Source of the DNA: a virus | Taxonomy: Duplodnaviria; Caudoviricetes | Length of the DNA: 64,000 nt | Reading direction: 5' to 3' (one strand) | Virus record (IMG/VR): IMGVR_UViG_3300032281_000616 | Span: 128,001 to 192,000 of that record | Shown here: positions 20,352 through 30,485 of the stretch, in pieces | How the letters are laid out: each line of letters starts with the position of its first letter | Numbering within the stretch: position 1 is the stretch's first letter | The notes under the pieces: generated by a model | Told to the model about the DNA's origin: nothing | What the model saw: the letters and a program-made list of their open reading frames with translations, nothing else | Databases searched by the model: none | Translations under genes and position numbers: made by a program

Positions 20352-20747
20352 TTAATAATGACGATAACCATCAGAGTCAAACTTCACACCCAATTCGTCT
20401 GTGGCGTATTGTTCTATGTCGTGACTAATTTCTGAAAGCATATTAGAAACTCTTTCTCTCATATCTTCCAACTTTTCCAATATCGGTTTACCGTGAATCA
20501 ATTCTCTCAACATCAAAGCGGCTTTTTTCTCAACGTCTTTGTTATAACTATCACATAAATTATTGAAGAAATAAGCAATAGGAATGACATGTCCACCAAT
20601 TTTCAATTCACAATCAATTCCTTCATGTCCATCATCATAAACGTTTTTATAAATCTTATCAAATCCACTACCCACAGAAACCTCTGCAAAAGCATTTGCT
20701 AAGATGATAGATACTGGAGAATGTTTAGTTAAAGAAATTTTTTCCAT
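20352..20747 (-). CDS. hypothetical protein
   Basis: Promoter motif at exact spacing. Confidence 0.75.
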   Translation of the reverse strand: MEKISLTKHSPVSIILANAFAEVSVGSGFDKIYKNVYDDGHEGIDCELKIGGHVIPIAYFFNNLCDSYNKDVEKKAALMLRELIHGKPILEKLEDMRERVSNMLSEISHDIEQYATDELGVKFDSDGYRHY

Positions 20748-20761
20748 GAGACTATTATGGT

Positions 20762-21082
20762 TTAGTGTTTAAAGACTTCGGGTAGAATAGCTTTCAATTG
20801 ATTATCGTATTTTGAATTCAATTCTTTGGTTTCTACAGTTTTATTACCTCCGATATTTACCAATGATTCAATCAACTTCACCCCTGCTTCCCCTTCGATG
20901 ATTTTGAAAGGTTCAAACCAACCTTGATAAGATTCAATATATACTTTATTACCTTTAAACTTCTCAACTTCACCCCATAAACAATATGGGAATTTATCAT
21001 AAGACCAGAATGCGTATAGTTTTTGATTCATATTATTTATAGGAAAGGAATGTTCTGACCGAATCGAAATTCGTTGAGTCAC
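20762..21082 (-). CDS. hypothetical protein
   Basis: KLYAFWSYDKFPYCLWGEV pattern; start uncertain. Confidence 0.7.
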   Translation of the reverse strand: MTQRISIRSEHSFPINNMNQKLYAFWSYDKFPYCLWGEVEKFKGNKVYIESYQGWFEPFKIIEGEAGVKLIESLVNIGGNKTVETKELNSKYDNQLKAILPEVFKH

Positions 21083-21235
21083 TTCAAATGCTTATTAGCA
21101 TCCGCGACTCATCAGATAACGTTACCATTATCACGAGGATTTACCCACATTGCTTTATCAGAATCACCCGACTTCATCATAGGCTTATATCAACCCCTAC
21201 TAGTTATTGATTAAATAACGTGGATGTTTAAAATG

Positions 21236-21310
21236 TGAGAGAGACAGGATTCGAACCTGCATCGATCCATTACGGTACTACGGAGTAGAATTCCGTTCCG
21301 ATACACTCCC
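21236..21310 (-). tRNA. degenerate tRNA-like gene with truncated D-arm
   Basis: GGGAGTG/CTCTCTC acceptor, ACGGA/TCCGT stem, long variable region, GCAGG-TTCGAAT-CCTGT T-arm. Confidence 0.4.
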
Positions 21311-21328
21311 ATTAAAATCTATTACTAT

Positions 21329-21565
21329 TTATGGTGGCAACTCAGGACCAACATAATCAAAAAATCCAGTTTCAGTATTATATGCTAAATTTGGATCTGT
21401 TAGTTCTCCAACGATATAATCAATATAATCATTGACTGCTTCTAGTTGTTCTCTAGAATATCGACATCCTTCAGATACGCTCTTATCAATATCAATATCA
21501 TTATCTCTTCCAGATAAGATCCATTCAACAATCTCTTGTTGAGTCATGTTTTGTTGTTTCAACAT
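21329..21565 (-). CDS. acidic hypothetical protein
   Basis: Promoter motif at exact spacing. Confidence 0.7.
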   Translation of the reverse strand: MLKQQNMTQQEIVEWILSGRDNDIDIDKSVSEGCRYSREQLEAVNDYIDYIVGELTDPNLAYNTETGFFDYVGPELPP

Positions 21566-21751
21566 AGTCTTATTATACTTTAGTGTTTTATGTGACCATT
21601 CTCTTTCAGATATCTAATGATAGCATCTTGGTCTGACTTTGTGTAATATCTTTTCAGTTTTCGTCTAGTTTGAATTGTATCCAAACCTTTGTATGAATTG
21701 ACAAAGGATTCATGGAATACTAAACCTTTGATGACAACACTCACAATAAAA

Positions 21752-21827
21752 TGGTCCTCCTAACCAGATTCGAACTGGTAACTAACGGTTTATGAAACCG
21801 CTACTCTGACCGTTGAGTTATAGGAGG
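21752..21827 (-). tRNA. tRNA with CAT anticodon, probably tRNA-Ile2
   Basis: Full 76-nt cloverleaf CCTCCTA..GCGGT-TTCATAA-ACCGT..ACCAG-TTCGAAT-CTGGT-TAGGAGG-A-CCA; C4/C5 and adjacent tilS favour Ile2. Confidence 0.9.
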
Positions 21828-21832
21828 ATATA

Positions 21833-22444
21833 TTACAAATAAAATTTCTTTAATACGACTTTCTCCAACCCTCTTCGTTCTTCGATTTTAGGAAGGATTT
21901 CATTTCTAATCCAGTTTCTTTCATATTTACTATCTGAATTGGTTTCATCAACTACTACATATCCAGATAATCCTCTTTTATCAACCCAATCCTCTAAATT
22001 AGATTTACTGTTTTTAATAAAAGGTCGCAGCAAAGTAAAATTATCAAACTCACTAATTTGTTGAATCGGTTTATATTCTGGACAACCTTTTAGACAATTC
22101 ATAATATACTGTTCAACACAATCACCTAGATGATGACAGACTATAATTGATTCACCAATCTCATCGAAGAAACTTAATCTCTCTTGTCTCAAATTATCTT
22201 CAATGTTCTTAGTGTATTTTACGCGACATTCACCAATTGTCAAATGAATTTTGTAGTCATCACAAAACTTTCGACAAACATCAACCATCTTTAGATTCTG
22301 TTCTCTTTGATTATGATTGAAGTGGATAGCTTTGAAATTATAACCTAATGTTAAAAGAAGATGAGAGCATGCTAAACTATCAACTCCACCAGAGATAGCA
22401 ACCGAAAATTGCTCAGGAATGATTTTTCTATTGATATGAATCAT
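21833..22444 (-). CDS. tilS: tRNA(Ile)-lysidine synthase, compact catalytic domain only
   Basis: PP-loop AISGGVDS, HFNH, HHLGD, LLRPF, DETNSDSKYERNWIRNEILP; start moved to ATG 22444. Confidence 0.88.
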   Translation of the reverse strand: MIHINRKIIPEQFSVAISGGVDSLACSHLLLTLGYNFKAIHFNHNQREQNLKMVDVCRKFCDDYKIHLTIGECRVKYTKNIEDNLRQERLSFFDEIGESIIVCHHLGDCVEQYIMNCLKGCPEYKPIQQISEFDNFTLLRPFIKNSKSNLEDWVDKRGLSGYVVVDETNSDSKYERNWIRNEILPKIEERRGLEKVVLKKFYL

Positions 22445-22459
22445 TATTGTATGAGATAG

Positions 22460-23193
22460 CCGCACCCGGACTCGAAAATACACTTTTAGACTAAATAGTA
22501 TTATGAAGATGCTTAATTGTGATAGGTGTAATGAAGAATTCGAAGTTTCATATGACCAATGGAAGAATCGGAGGAGTAAAAAGAAAATCCATAATAGGAA
22601 TAATTATTGTTCGCTGGAATGCAGATTATTGGGACAAGGAAAAAGCCCAAGAATAGAAGTTTCGTGTGAAAGTTGTGGTTGTTTTTTTATGAAACATTAT
22701 AGCGAGGTTACGAGAACCCCTAAAAATTTTTGTTCTAGATCTTGCTCTGCTACATATAACAACACTCACAAAACAAAGGGTAATCGCAGAAGTAAGTTAG
22801 AAAAATGGTTAGAAGAACAATTAACTGTGTTATATCTAGAACTAGAAATTCTATATTCGAACAAAACCACCATTAATTCTGAGCTTGATATTTATATACC
22901 ATCCCTAAAATTAGCCTTTGAACTTAATGGAATATTCCATTATGAACCAATATATGGTGAAGATAAGCTAAATCAAATCCAAAACAATGATAATAGAAAA
23001 TTTCAGGCTTGTTTAGAGAAAGGTATCGAATTATGTATTATCGATACTTCTCAACACAAATACGTTAAGCCTTCTACTTCACAAAAATATCTTGATATTA
23101 TCACACATTTAGTTAACTCTAAATTAGAGTCATCCAAAACAGACTACGTGGAAGTAGTGTGATTTCCTGTTTCTGACCGCACCCGGACTCGAA
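22460..23193. mobile_element. endonuclease cassette flanked by 17-bp direct repeats of the tRNA 3' end
   Basis: CCGCACCCGGACTCGAA at 22460-22476 and 23177-23193. Confidence 0.75.
22503..23162 (+). CDS. Zn-finger plus PD-(D/E)xK (Vsr/DUF559-like) homing endonuclease
   Basis: CDRC..YCSLEC, CESC..FCSRSC; SKLE..ELDIYIPSLKLAFELNGIFHY. Confidence 0.8.
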   Translation: MKMLNCDRCNEEFEVSYDQWKNRRSKKKIHNRNNYCSLECRLLGQGKSPRIEVSCESCGCFFMKHYSEVTRTPKNFCSRSCSATYNNTHKTKGNRRSKLEKWLEEQLTVLYLELEILYSNKTTINSELDIYIPSLKLAFELNGIFHYEPIYGEDKLNQIQNNDNRKFQACLEKGIELCIIDTSQHKYVKPSTSQKYLDIITHLVNSKLESSKTDYVEVV

Positions 23194-23292
23194 CCGGGAA
23201 GCCTTTCGGCGGCAGATTTTCGACAAGGTATAATATATTTCACTTATACCCTATTAGAAAGTCTGCGATGTTTACCTTTTCATCATACGGCC
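23174..23292 (-). tRNA. tRNA-Leu (probably UAA) interrupted by a 38-nt insert in the anticodon loop
   Basis: GGCCGTA/TGCGGTC acceptor, A73, long variable arm, CCCGG-TTCGAGT-CCGGG; GCAGA/TCTGC stem encloses 45 nt instead of 7. Confidence 0.75.
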
Positions 23293-23497
23293 ATTGATTT
23301 TTAGTTATCCTACATATTCTTCAGTGTCAATATCAATCAATTCATTGTCGTAAACTGATCCATCCTCTTCATTGAATACACATTCCATATCCATGATCTT
23401 ATCATTGAGATCATCTTCATCTTCAGCATTGATAAAGACATTAAATTTCATTGTTACGATGTATTGCTTCATGTCAGTAGTTTACTTTAGTGTTTCA

Positions 23498-26400
23498 TCA
23501 ATCAAAATCGAATCCAAGAAGAAAATACCAATTTCCGATCTTAGCTTCTCTCAATCCACCCCTAGAAAATTCATATCCAATTTGGGAATCATATACATAA
23601 TCCCAATCATCTGGTCTATAACCTTCACAACAAGCGAAGACTGGATATGATTCGTAATAGTCCTCTCTAGCTCCCATCTTATTATTGATCTCTCCTAGAG
23701 AGTATGGAGATGATGGTTTGGATGATTTAATCCTTTCAGCTATTTCATCTGCTTTCTTATAGATCTCATCAGCGATAGGTTGATATTCTTTAGGCCAACC
23801 TTTACGTGATTGATAATGATTATAATCATGAACCCATTGAGGGAAATCAGATATTGTTCTGAAGTTCATATCAAAAGATTTGGTTCAACATATCCATAAC
23901 TCTTTCCTTGAGCCTAACATCCCAACCGGGAACTCTATTGATTCTTTTTGTTTTAAGGATACCTTTGTTTGTTACTGTATTAACCGCACATATCCTGACA
24001 GCATCAGTACCGCACTTCTTCGATACACCATTAGGAGAAATTGAAGAGTAAACAAATAGACTGATATTTGGATTCTTTTTAGTTTGATAAGCGTATACAT
24101 ATTCATTACCCTTAATGGTTTTGCTCCAGCCTTTATCATGCTTTAGAAGAGCATCCATTTCCAATTCTGTAATAGTGCAATAAGTAGCAGCCATATTAGG
24201 ATTGTGAGTTAGTGTTTCATCAGTTTTCTTTAACGTCTTTCAATCCAAGAATAAACATAAAAGCGCACACGATTCGAGTGGCGAATTTAGCGAATCCTTC
24301 CACATAAAACATATCAAATACAGATAGACTACCAGACCTGATAGCCCATGAGTATCCAATAAGACCAACAATCATACCTAAGACATATCCTAGACCGTTT
24401 CTAGTATGTCCAAGGATTAAATAAGCACCACCAAGACCACTAATGAATCTTAGGCATGTACCAAAGCCTCCCAGACTAAAATCCAAGAAACACCCAAAAG
24501 CCAAAAATAGTAATCCAATAATGATTCGAAATCCACCTAAAATATTTATTATTGAATTCATAATTATACAACCCCGAGGGGTTTAGTAGGGATAGAACCT
24601 ACTAAACCCCTCCATCCCACCTTTAGACGCCGATTTCCACCACAGTCTCGACATCTGAATCATCAGAACTTCCTGATACTTCTGCCTTAAGTTGTGCAGT
24701 AAGTTCAGCCAACTTCTTACGAAGACGCTCTTGCTTCTTAGCTTCCTTAGCAGCAGCCTTTTCTTCTTCTGTAAGAACCACCTTCTCAACCTTAACCTTC
24801 TTAGCAAGATTAAGACCATCTACCACGATGGCAAAGGTATCCACTTCTTGTGGATCACCATTATCATCAGGCATAAGCCCTACTTGATTGTTGAATGCTA
24901 CTTCTAGGAGAAGAGTGATTACACCTTTATCAGTAAGGTTATAATCTTCCTTCAACTTTTGAAGTGTTGCCTTTTGTTCTTCGCTAACATTCACTACGAC
25001 TTGTTTAGCGACCGACTTCTTTTCTGTTTCAGTTTCCATACCGTTATTTTAGTTTAGTGTTTAATCGTTTATTTTCCTACCGTGAAAGCAATGATTAGAG
25101 CAATCGCAATGATCAACAGAACCAAAGCAAAGCTAATCCAAATGGGGGATAGAACCCACCACCATGACCATGCAATATATCCCGTAAGTTTTAGGCCAAT
25201 GAAAAGCACAGTCAAAAGACCTACAAATCCAATGCCTCCAGATGATGTTGTAGTATTATTACTCATATTGTTATTTTATTCTAGTGTTTAATCAATATAT
25301 TCTTCAGGATTATCCTTATAAGCTTGTTCCATATCAGACTCTTGTTTCTTAGTAAACCAATCCATCATATAAAGACCAAGAGCATCCCTAAGAGCAGGGA
25401 TAAATCCATTGTGTTTGGAATATTCTTTAAAATCAGAAGATGGTGGTTCCCAATAACCATAAGATTCATACGTTTCGTAACCAACTTCGAACTTTAAGAA
25501 GTTTTCTGATGCGATTACAATCACACCATCCAAAGATAGACCATAGGGAGTGTCATAAGACATAAAAGAATTCTCAACCCTTTCGAATTGACCAAATTTC
25601 TCATTAATAGATTTCAGAAATCCGTTGAATGATTTACGAACACTTTCACAATACGAGATATTACGAAGGATGTTTCGAACTTCTGATTCAGTTCCCACAC
25701 CATAAGTAAGTTCAGCATCATGCCAATCTTTATCAGGTGTTTTTACTAGAAGGTTTTCCCAACTACAATCATCTTCTAGGATAGTCTCAACTTTGAACTC
25801 GATCATGGTGTGAGTTTATGTTAGTGTTTCATCCTTCAACGTCTTCCGGTATATCAAGGATATTATCAGCCTTGATGGTGAAGCATAGAGGACGATCTTC
25901 ATCAGTAGGACTAAGAAGTTTCTTAGCTTCTGATGGGGGAAGATACTCAGCAAACTTAGCCTTATCAACAATCTCACCGTTTACATAATACACAGACTTT
26001 GGAATATGATTATTAGCTTGGGATGGATAAAGACGAAGATAAAGATTATCCTTATGTTCGATGACATGAGGAAACCATGATTTCTTTGTCAATTTGTCCA
26101 CATACCACGACCCCCATGGTAGTTCACCAACTTCACCACGTTCACCAGATGCAATTCCTTCCTTCACAGCAGAAAGATTAGCATAATTTACACCAGCTTG
26201 CACCACGGCAACTGTGTGTTTCTCAAGGATAACACCTTCTTTCTTAAAAGAAGCAGCAGGTGTAGGATTGCTTTTCCATGATGCTTTTACAAATTGACCC
26301 TTACAAGAAAGGATTTTGTTGCGAATAGCTTCAGCACTTAGGGGATTAGTTGTCGTTGTCATATCGTTAGTATATCTTAGTGTTTTATTGATACTTTGTA

Positions 26401-26913
26401 ATTAGTGGATGTTGATTAGTAAACTTATATGTTTTACCTTCCCAACCACGAATCTTTTGACCTTGCTCATTATAGAAATGAGAGATAGATCCATTGGTTG
26501 AAGAGATGATCATATTAGTAGTTTTACGAGCAGATTGAATCTTCTGATCGAAATCCTTTGTGGTTAGTTTATAGAATAGATTGATTAGTTTTTTCATATT
26601 AAAAATCTCCACTTTCAGAAAACCGTAGTTGGAATTCTCTCAACATGCTTTCTCTTTTGGGTGTCATTTCACCTTTCCAGATTGGAAATAGTTTACAATC
26701 TTCGTCTTGTGCAACCAACACATGACAGGTCCATGATACATTATAGACTGGGATATTACACACACCATCATCCCAATCGTACCAATCATCCCCATCACTC
26801 ATATATAAAAAACATGATGGCATATCATAAACATGATCTCCATCTAATCTAAATGCCTGTAAAGCTGGTCTTGTTTTATCAACTAATTTGATATACCAAT
26901 CGGGTGGTTTCAT
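23498..26913 (-). CDS. block of small hypothetical genes (23498..23869, 23871..24194, 24220..24561 membrane, 24623..25039, 25069..25266 membrane, 25288..25806, 25829..26362, 26385..26612, 26599..26913)
   Basis: Abutting ORFs; six with the promoter motif at exact spacing. Confidence 0.75.
24576..24612 (-). terminator. 15-bp perfect hairpin
   Basis: GAGGGGTTTAGTAGG-gatagaa-CCTACTAAACCCCTC just after 24623..25039. Confidence 0.6.
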
Positions 26914-26920
26914 ACTCTCA

Positions 26921-27175
26921 TTATTCGTTAGTGTTTAATAGATAATTAGATTCCATATCCATCACACCATCCGCTATCATAATACTAACGATAGCTGTAA
27001 AGGTTATTTCATTAAGAGGATCACTTGGTTTGATGATAGGATCTACAACTTTACCATCGATCACACTATATGTAGCCAAACCTTTGGGTATGATCTTACC
27101 TGATTCTACCTCATAGAAAACATCATGTAGAAAACCTACAGTATCATACATCTCAAAGTATCTATGAATATTCAT
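26921..27175 (-). CDS. hypothetical protein
   Basis: ORF ending at the next motif. Confidence 0.65.
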   Translation of the reverse strand: MNIHRYFEMYDTVGFLHDVFYEVESGKIIPKGLATYSVIDGKVVDPIIKPSDPLNEITFTAIVSIMIADGVMDMESNYLLNTNE

Positions 27176-27176
27176 G

Positions 27177-27581
27177 TTAGTATTTTTCCTTTATGTATTT
27201 TTCTCCATCATAATACCACAAATTCTTATACCCAACGGCCCTTAAATTTCTTAGGCAATTCGAGCATGGTTTTGATATAGCGGTTTCTCCTAGATTATTG
27301 AGTCTCACATTCACAAAGGTTAGATGGAAACAATCCTCCAATCCAAGTCGAATCAAGGATGAAATTTCTGAATGCAATCCAGCCTTATAATTTCCTTGTG
27401 TTCTATTGGATTTGTATTGACCAAACTTATAGTATAAGTTTTGCTTATCATATGAATTATTACCAATGGTAATCAATTTAGATCCATGATATACGAAAGT
27501 TGTATGGAAACTCTTACCCGATTGATACAAAGGCTTCATCGCCCTAGTAATATCTTCTAAACGGGAGAAGTTAATTGCCAT
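27177..27581 (-). CDS. cytidine/dCMP deaminase-fold Zn enzyme
   Basis: HSE ... SKPCSNC zinc motifs; TIGNN. Confidence 0.8.
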   Translation of the reverse strand: MAINFSRLEDITRAMKPLYQSGKSFHTTFVYHGSKLITIGNNSYDKQNLYYKFGQYKSNRTQGNYKAGLHSEISSLIRLGLEDCFHLTFVNVRLNNLGETAISKPCSNCLRNLRAVGYKNLWYYDGEKYIKEKY

Positions 27582-27602
27582 GAGTGTATCTTACTTTAGT
27601 GT

Positions 27603-28292
27603 TTACACAGTCAAAGCAAACCCAGTCTTATCAATCTTAGCATGACGCTTACCTTTCAAGGCAACGATGCAACCCTTCGGATCAAGAAACCTAAGATCAT
27701 GATCATCACCACTTACAATGCGCTTACCATTAAATTTCTTAGGTTGTTCACCATTAAAAACGATAGCAACATTTCCCTTACTTCCAAGAATAGCTTGACA
27801 CTTGAGGTCATTATCTTCCTTTCTAGAAAAGGTTAGATGATAATTTTTAGGAAGCTTCTTCTCCAAGAATTCTACCATACGATCAAAATCTGGAGTGTAA
27901 TCATAAAATTGAACATCATCAAACATCTCCATAAGAGTCATGCCGTTATGCTTAATCTTATGCCAAGGTAGATCACTCGTGAGATTCAATCTAAAACAAG
28001 GAGTAAGACCCTTCTTCAAAGACTTCTTGATAGCTGAAGAAATTTCCTTAATAAGTTGTTCCATGAACCCATTCTTATTAGTGAAGAAGTATTTTGTCTT
28101 ATTGATACGGGCTAATTGAACAGATGAATAAGCACCCATTCCAGCCGTATTCAAACACGCAGCACGACAACCAGCACTGGAATTCTTACAGACATTAAAA
28201 CCTGATAATTTTTCAGGAGCAAGATGGATACCAAATGTGAGATATCCAAGATCAAGAGACTTTTTTAATTTTGTGTTTGTGGTGAGAAGCAT
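27603..28292 (-). CDS. GP88-family protein
   Basis: C.NSSAGCRAACL, RLNLTSD, FYDYT, HLTFS, GDDHDLRFLD. Confidence 0.75.
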   Translation of the reverse strand: MLLTTNTKLKKSLDLGYLTFGIHLAPEKLSGFNVCKNSSAGCRAACLNTAGMGAYSSVQLARINKTKYFFTNKNGFMEQLIKEISSAIKKSLKKGLTPCFRLNLTSDLPWHKIKHNGMTLMEMFDDVQFYDYTPDFDRMVEFLEKKLPKNYHLTFSRKEDNDLKCQAILGSKGNVAIVFNGEQPKKFNGKRIVSGDDHDLRFLDPKGCIVALKGKRHAKIDKTGFALTV

Positions 28293-28313
28293 GTCTAAAT
28301 TATACCTTAGTGT

Positions 28314-29927
28314 TTAACCAAATCTTTTCTTAAAATATGTGTATTGTCTTTTTGTATCTAAAATAATTTTAATGTTTATTCTAGGCATACGTCCAAAATT
28401 ATCTTCTTCGATATAATACTTGTAACCTTTCCGACCACAATAATACATTATACATGCAAACAGGTGTGGTTTATTCATCACACTATACATACAAATCACA
28501 GGATCAGGTGGAATATAAAATTTGGATTTCATGTAAAACTAACGGTTTGTTTGAAACAGTCTGGTTTAGGAATTCTTTTGTATTGATAGTTTTCATCCAT
28601 CTTATACCAAATCTCCCCATCTTCGGGATACTCGTCTCCCCAACAAATACCATCAATACAATTAAGATAGTGTTTCTCAATCAGAAGATATGTATAGTAA
28701 CATTCACAGATACCATAACAATCATTTTGATCCTCCACACATTTGATCAATAGATCTAAGTCGGTGAATGAACCACGATAAGCTTTACCGAAATATGTAT
28801 CAGTTGGATCTGGTTTATTTTCAATCCACCAACGTTTACCAAACTCCATCTTTTCATCTTGAGTCATACCATTGATCAGATTTGTATACTCCTTTTCTTT
28901 CTCTCTACGAGCTTCCCATGCCTTAATATGAGAGTCTGAGAAGGCGATGAGATTGTAAATGTATTTTGGTGATTCCATAAGTTTGTCAGATTAGTTAATT
29001 TATTAAATCGATGAAGTTATTATATTCTAGTGTTTAATCATTTATGTTACACATATTTTTCAATAGCTTCTTTTAGACGAATTAAATCTCCTTTATCACA
29101 GTCTGGTGATTCAATCCATTGTATGATACCGCTTATGGCTTCATTACTAGTTCCACCAAATAAAAAAGATTCGATTGCATCAAGTCTATCCTGATACATT
29201 TTATCCAAGTCTGCTGTTTTGTTTACGATGCTTTCAAAGACTCTATCGTTTTCTTTGAAGTAATCACAAATTGAATCGTATTCATCATCCCTCAATAATC
29301 CGCTTTTGTAAAAGATTTCAGCTACCTTATATTTGTCTACGTATTCTTCCATATCATCAGAAAGATTGCATGCTTCCACCATGTCATATATAGACCCTAC
29401 AACATAACTCATTCTATCTTCATCCATATTAGTTTTCTTTCAAAAATGCGCTTAAAATATCAACTTGAAACATACCAAAGAACATACCTTCCGCTTGCTT
29501 AGAAAAAGCGTAAAAATCAGCAGACTTAAATGCTACATCAGCGGGGTATACAAAAGCATACAGACGACCCTCATGAGATACGTTAATGAAATCTGGTTCG
29601 TATTCACAAATCTTAGCGTCCTTAATTTGTTTATATAGCTTCTCACAACTCTCCTTAGAAGATGGTTGTTGACTAGCTAATATAAATCCCGGACGATCCG
29701 AATACAGACTCTTAAGGTCTTCGATTGGTAGTTCTTTGTATGTCATTTTTAATAAAATTCAAATCCTTTTTACTATACCATCCAATCCAACTTTCATCAA
29801 ATTCTACAATATATTTTCTAATTTTAGAATCCCAACCACTTACAACACCCGTTTTATTGAATGTTAACATTTTGTTGTTTTTTATAGAGACTATAGTGTT
29901 TGTATATTTACTCATACCCTTATCCAA
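28314..29927 (-). CDS. block of small hypothetical genes (28314..28532, 28529..28978, 29047..29427, 29429..29746, 29712..29927)
   Basis: Abutting minus-strand ORFs. Confidence 0.65.
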
Positions 29928-30457
29928 TAGGTTTCGCCACCCGCAGAAATATCAAAGTAATCTGACTGAAGTTCTTGAGCAGCAGACTCCCAATCAATTT
30001 TCATATGATTGAATGGCCATTGACCTGATTGGAATTCTTTAGGAAATTCACATACATCATTGGCTAATTGTTCTGCATATTCTGTAAAGTATGATTCGTG
30101 GATCAACCCTTCTCCATAAGACCAATCAGGTGAATCCTCACCTTGAGAGATTACTTCAGTGAGTAGATCAAGTTCATCCTTATCAAAGGACTGATTGAAT
30201 TGATCTAGAGCTTCTTGTGCTTCTTCGACAACTTCATGAAGTTCATTAAGTCTACGTCTAATAAACGCAACCGAATCATCATCCTCATCCTTACTGTCTG
30301 GATCAGTATCATTTTCTCGAAGAAAATCATCAAGATCTCCCTTAGCTTCTTCCAGTGCTTCCACTAAAGAATTATACTCGTCTTGTAATTCTTCATGGCG
30401 AGTAATGATGTCGCGGGAATCGATGATATCGTCACCCCAATTGAAATCTGTTTTCAT
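29912..30457 (-). CDS. highly acidic ArdA-like antirestriction/DNA-mimic protein
   Basis: D/E-rich; C-terminal YFTEYAEQL...IDWESAAQEL..DY resembles the ArdA C-terminus. Confidence 0.5.
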   Translation of the reverse strand: MKTDFNWGDDIIDSRDIITRHEELQDEYNSLVEALEEAKGDLDDFLRENDTDPDSKDEDDDSVAFIRRRLNELHEVVEEAQEALDQFNQSFDKDELDLLTEVISQGEDSPDWSYGEGLIHESYFTEYAEQLANDVCEFPKEFQSGQWPFNHMKIDWESAAQELQSDYFDISAGGETYWIRV

Positions 30458-30485
30458 AGTGTTATTTTATTCTAGTGTTTTATAA

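Noticed and set aside
23174-23292. Self-splicing group I intron or clear BHB intron in tRNA-Leu
   Set aside because: 38 nt cannot hold a group I core, and I could not draw a canonical bulge-helix-bulge.
23174-23292. Ochre suppressor reading (CT-TTA-AA) of the interrupted tRNA
   Set aside because: One of several possible splice registers. TAA is the dominant stop in intact genes, so suppression is unsupported.
16543-29901. TAGTGTT matches at about 16543 and 29894
   Set aside because: They lie inside or overlap coding sequence without the -10/ATG spacing and are probably chance matches.
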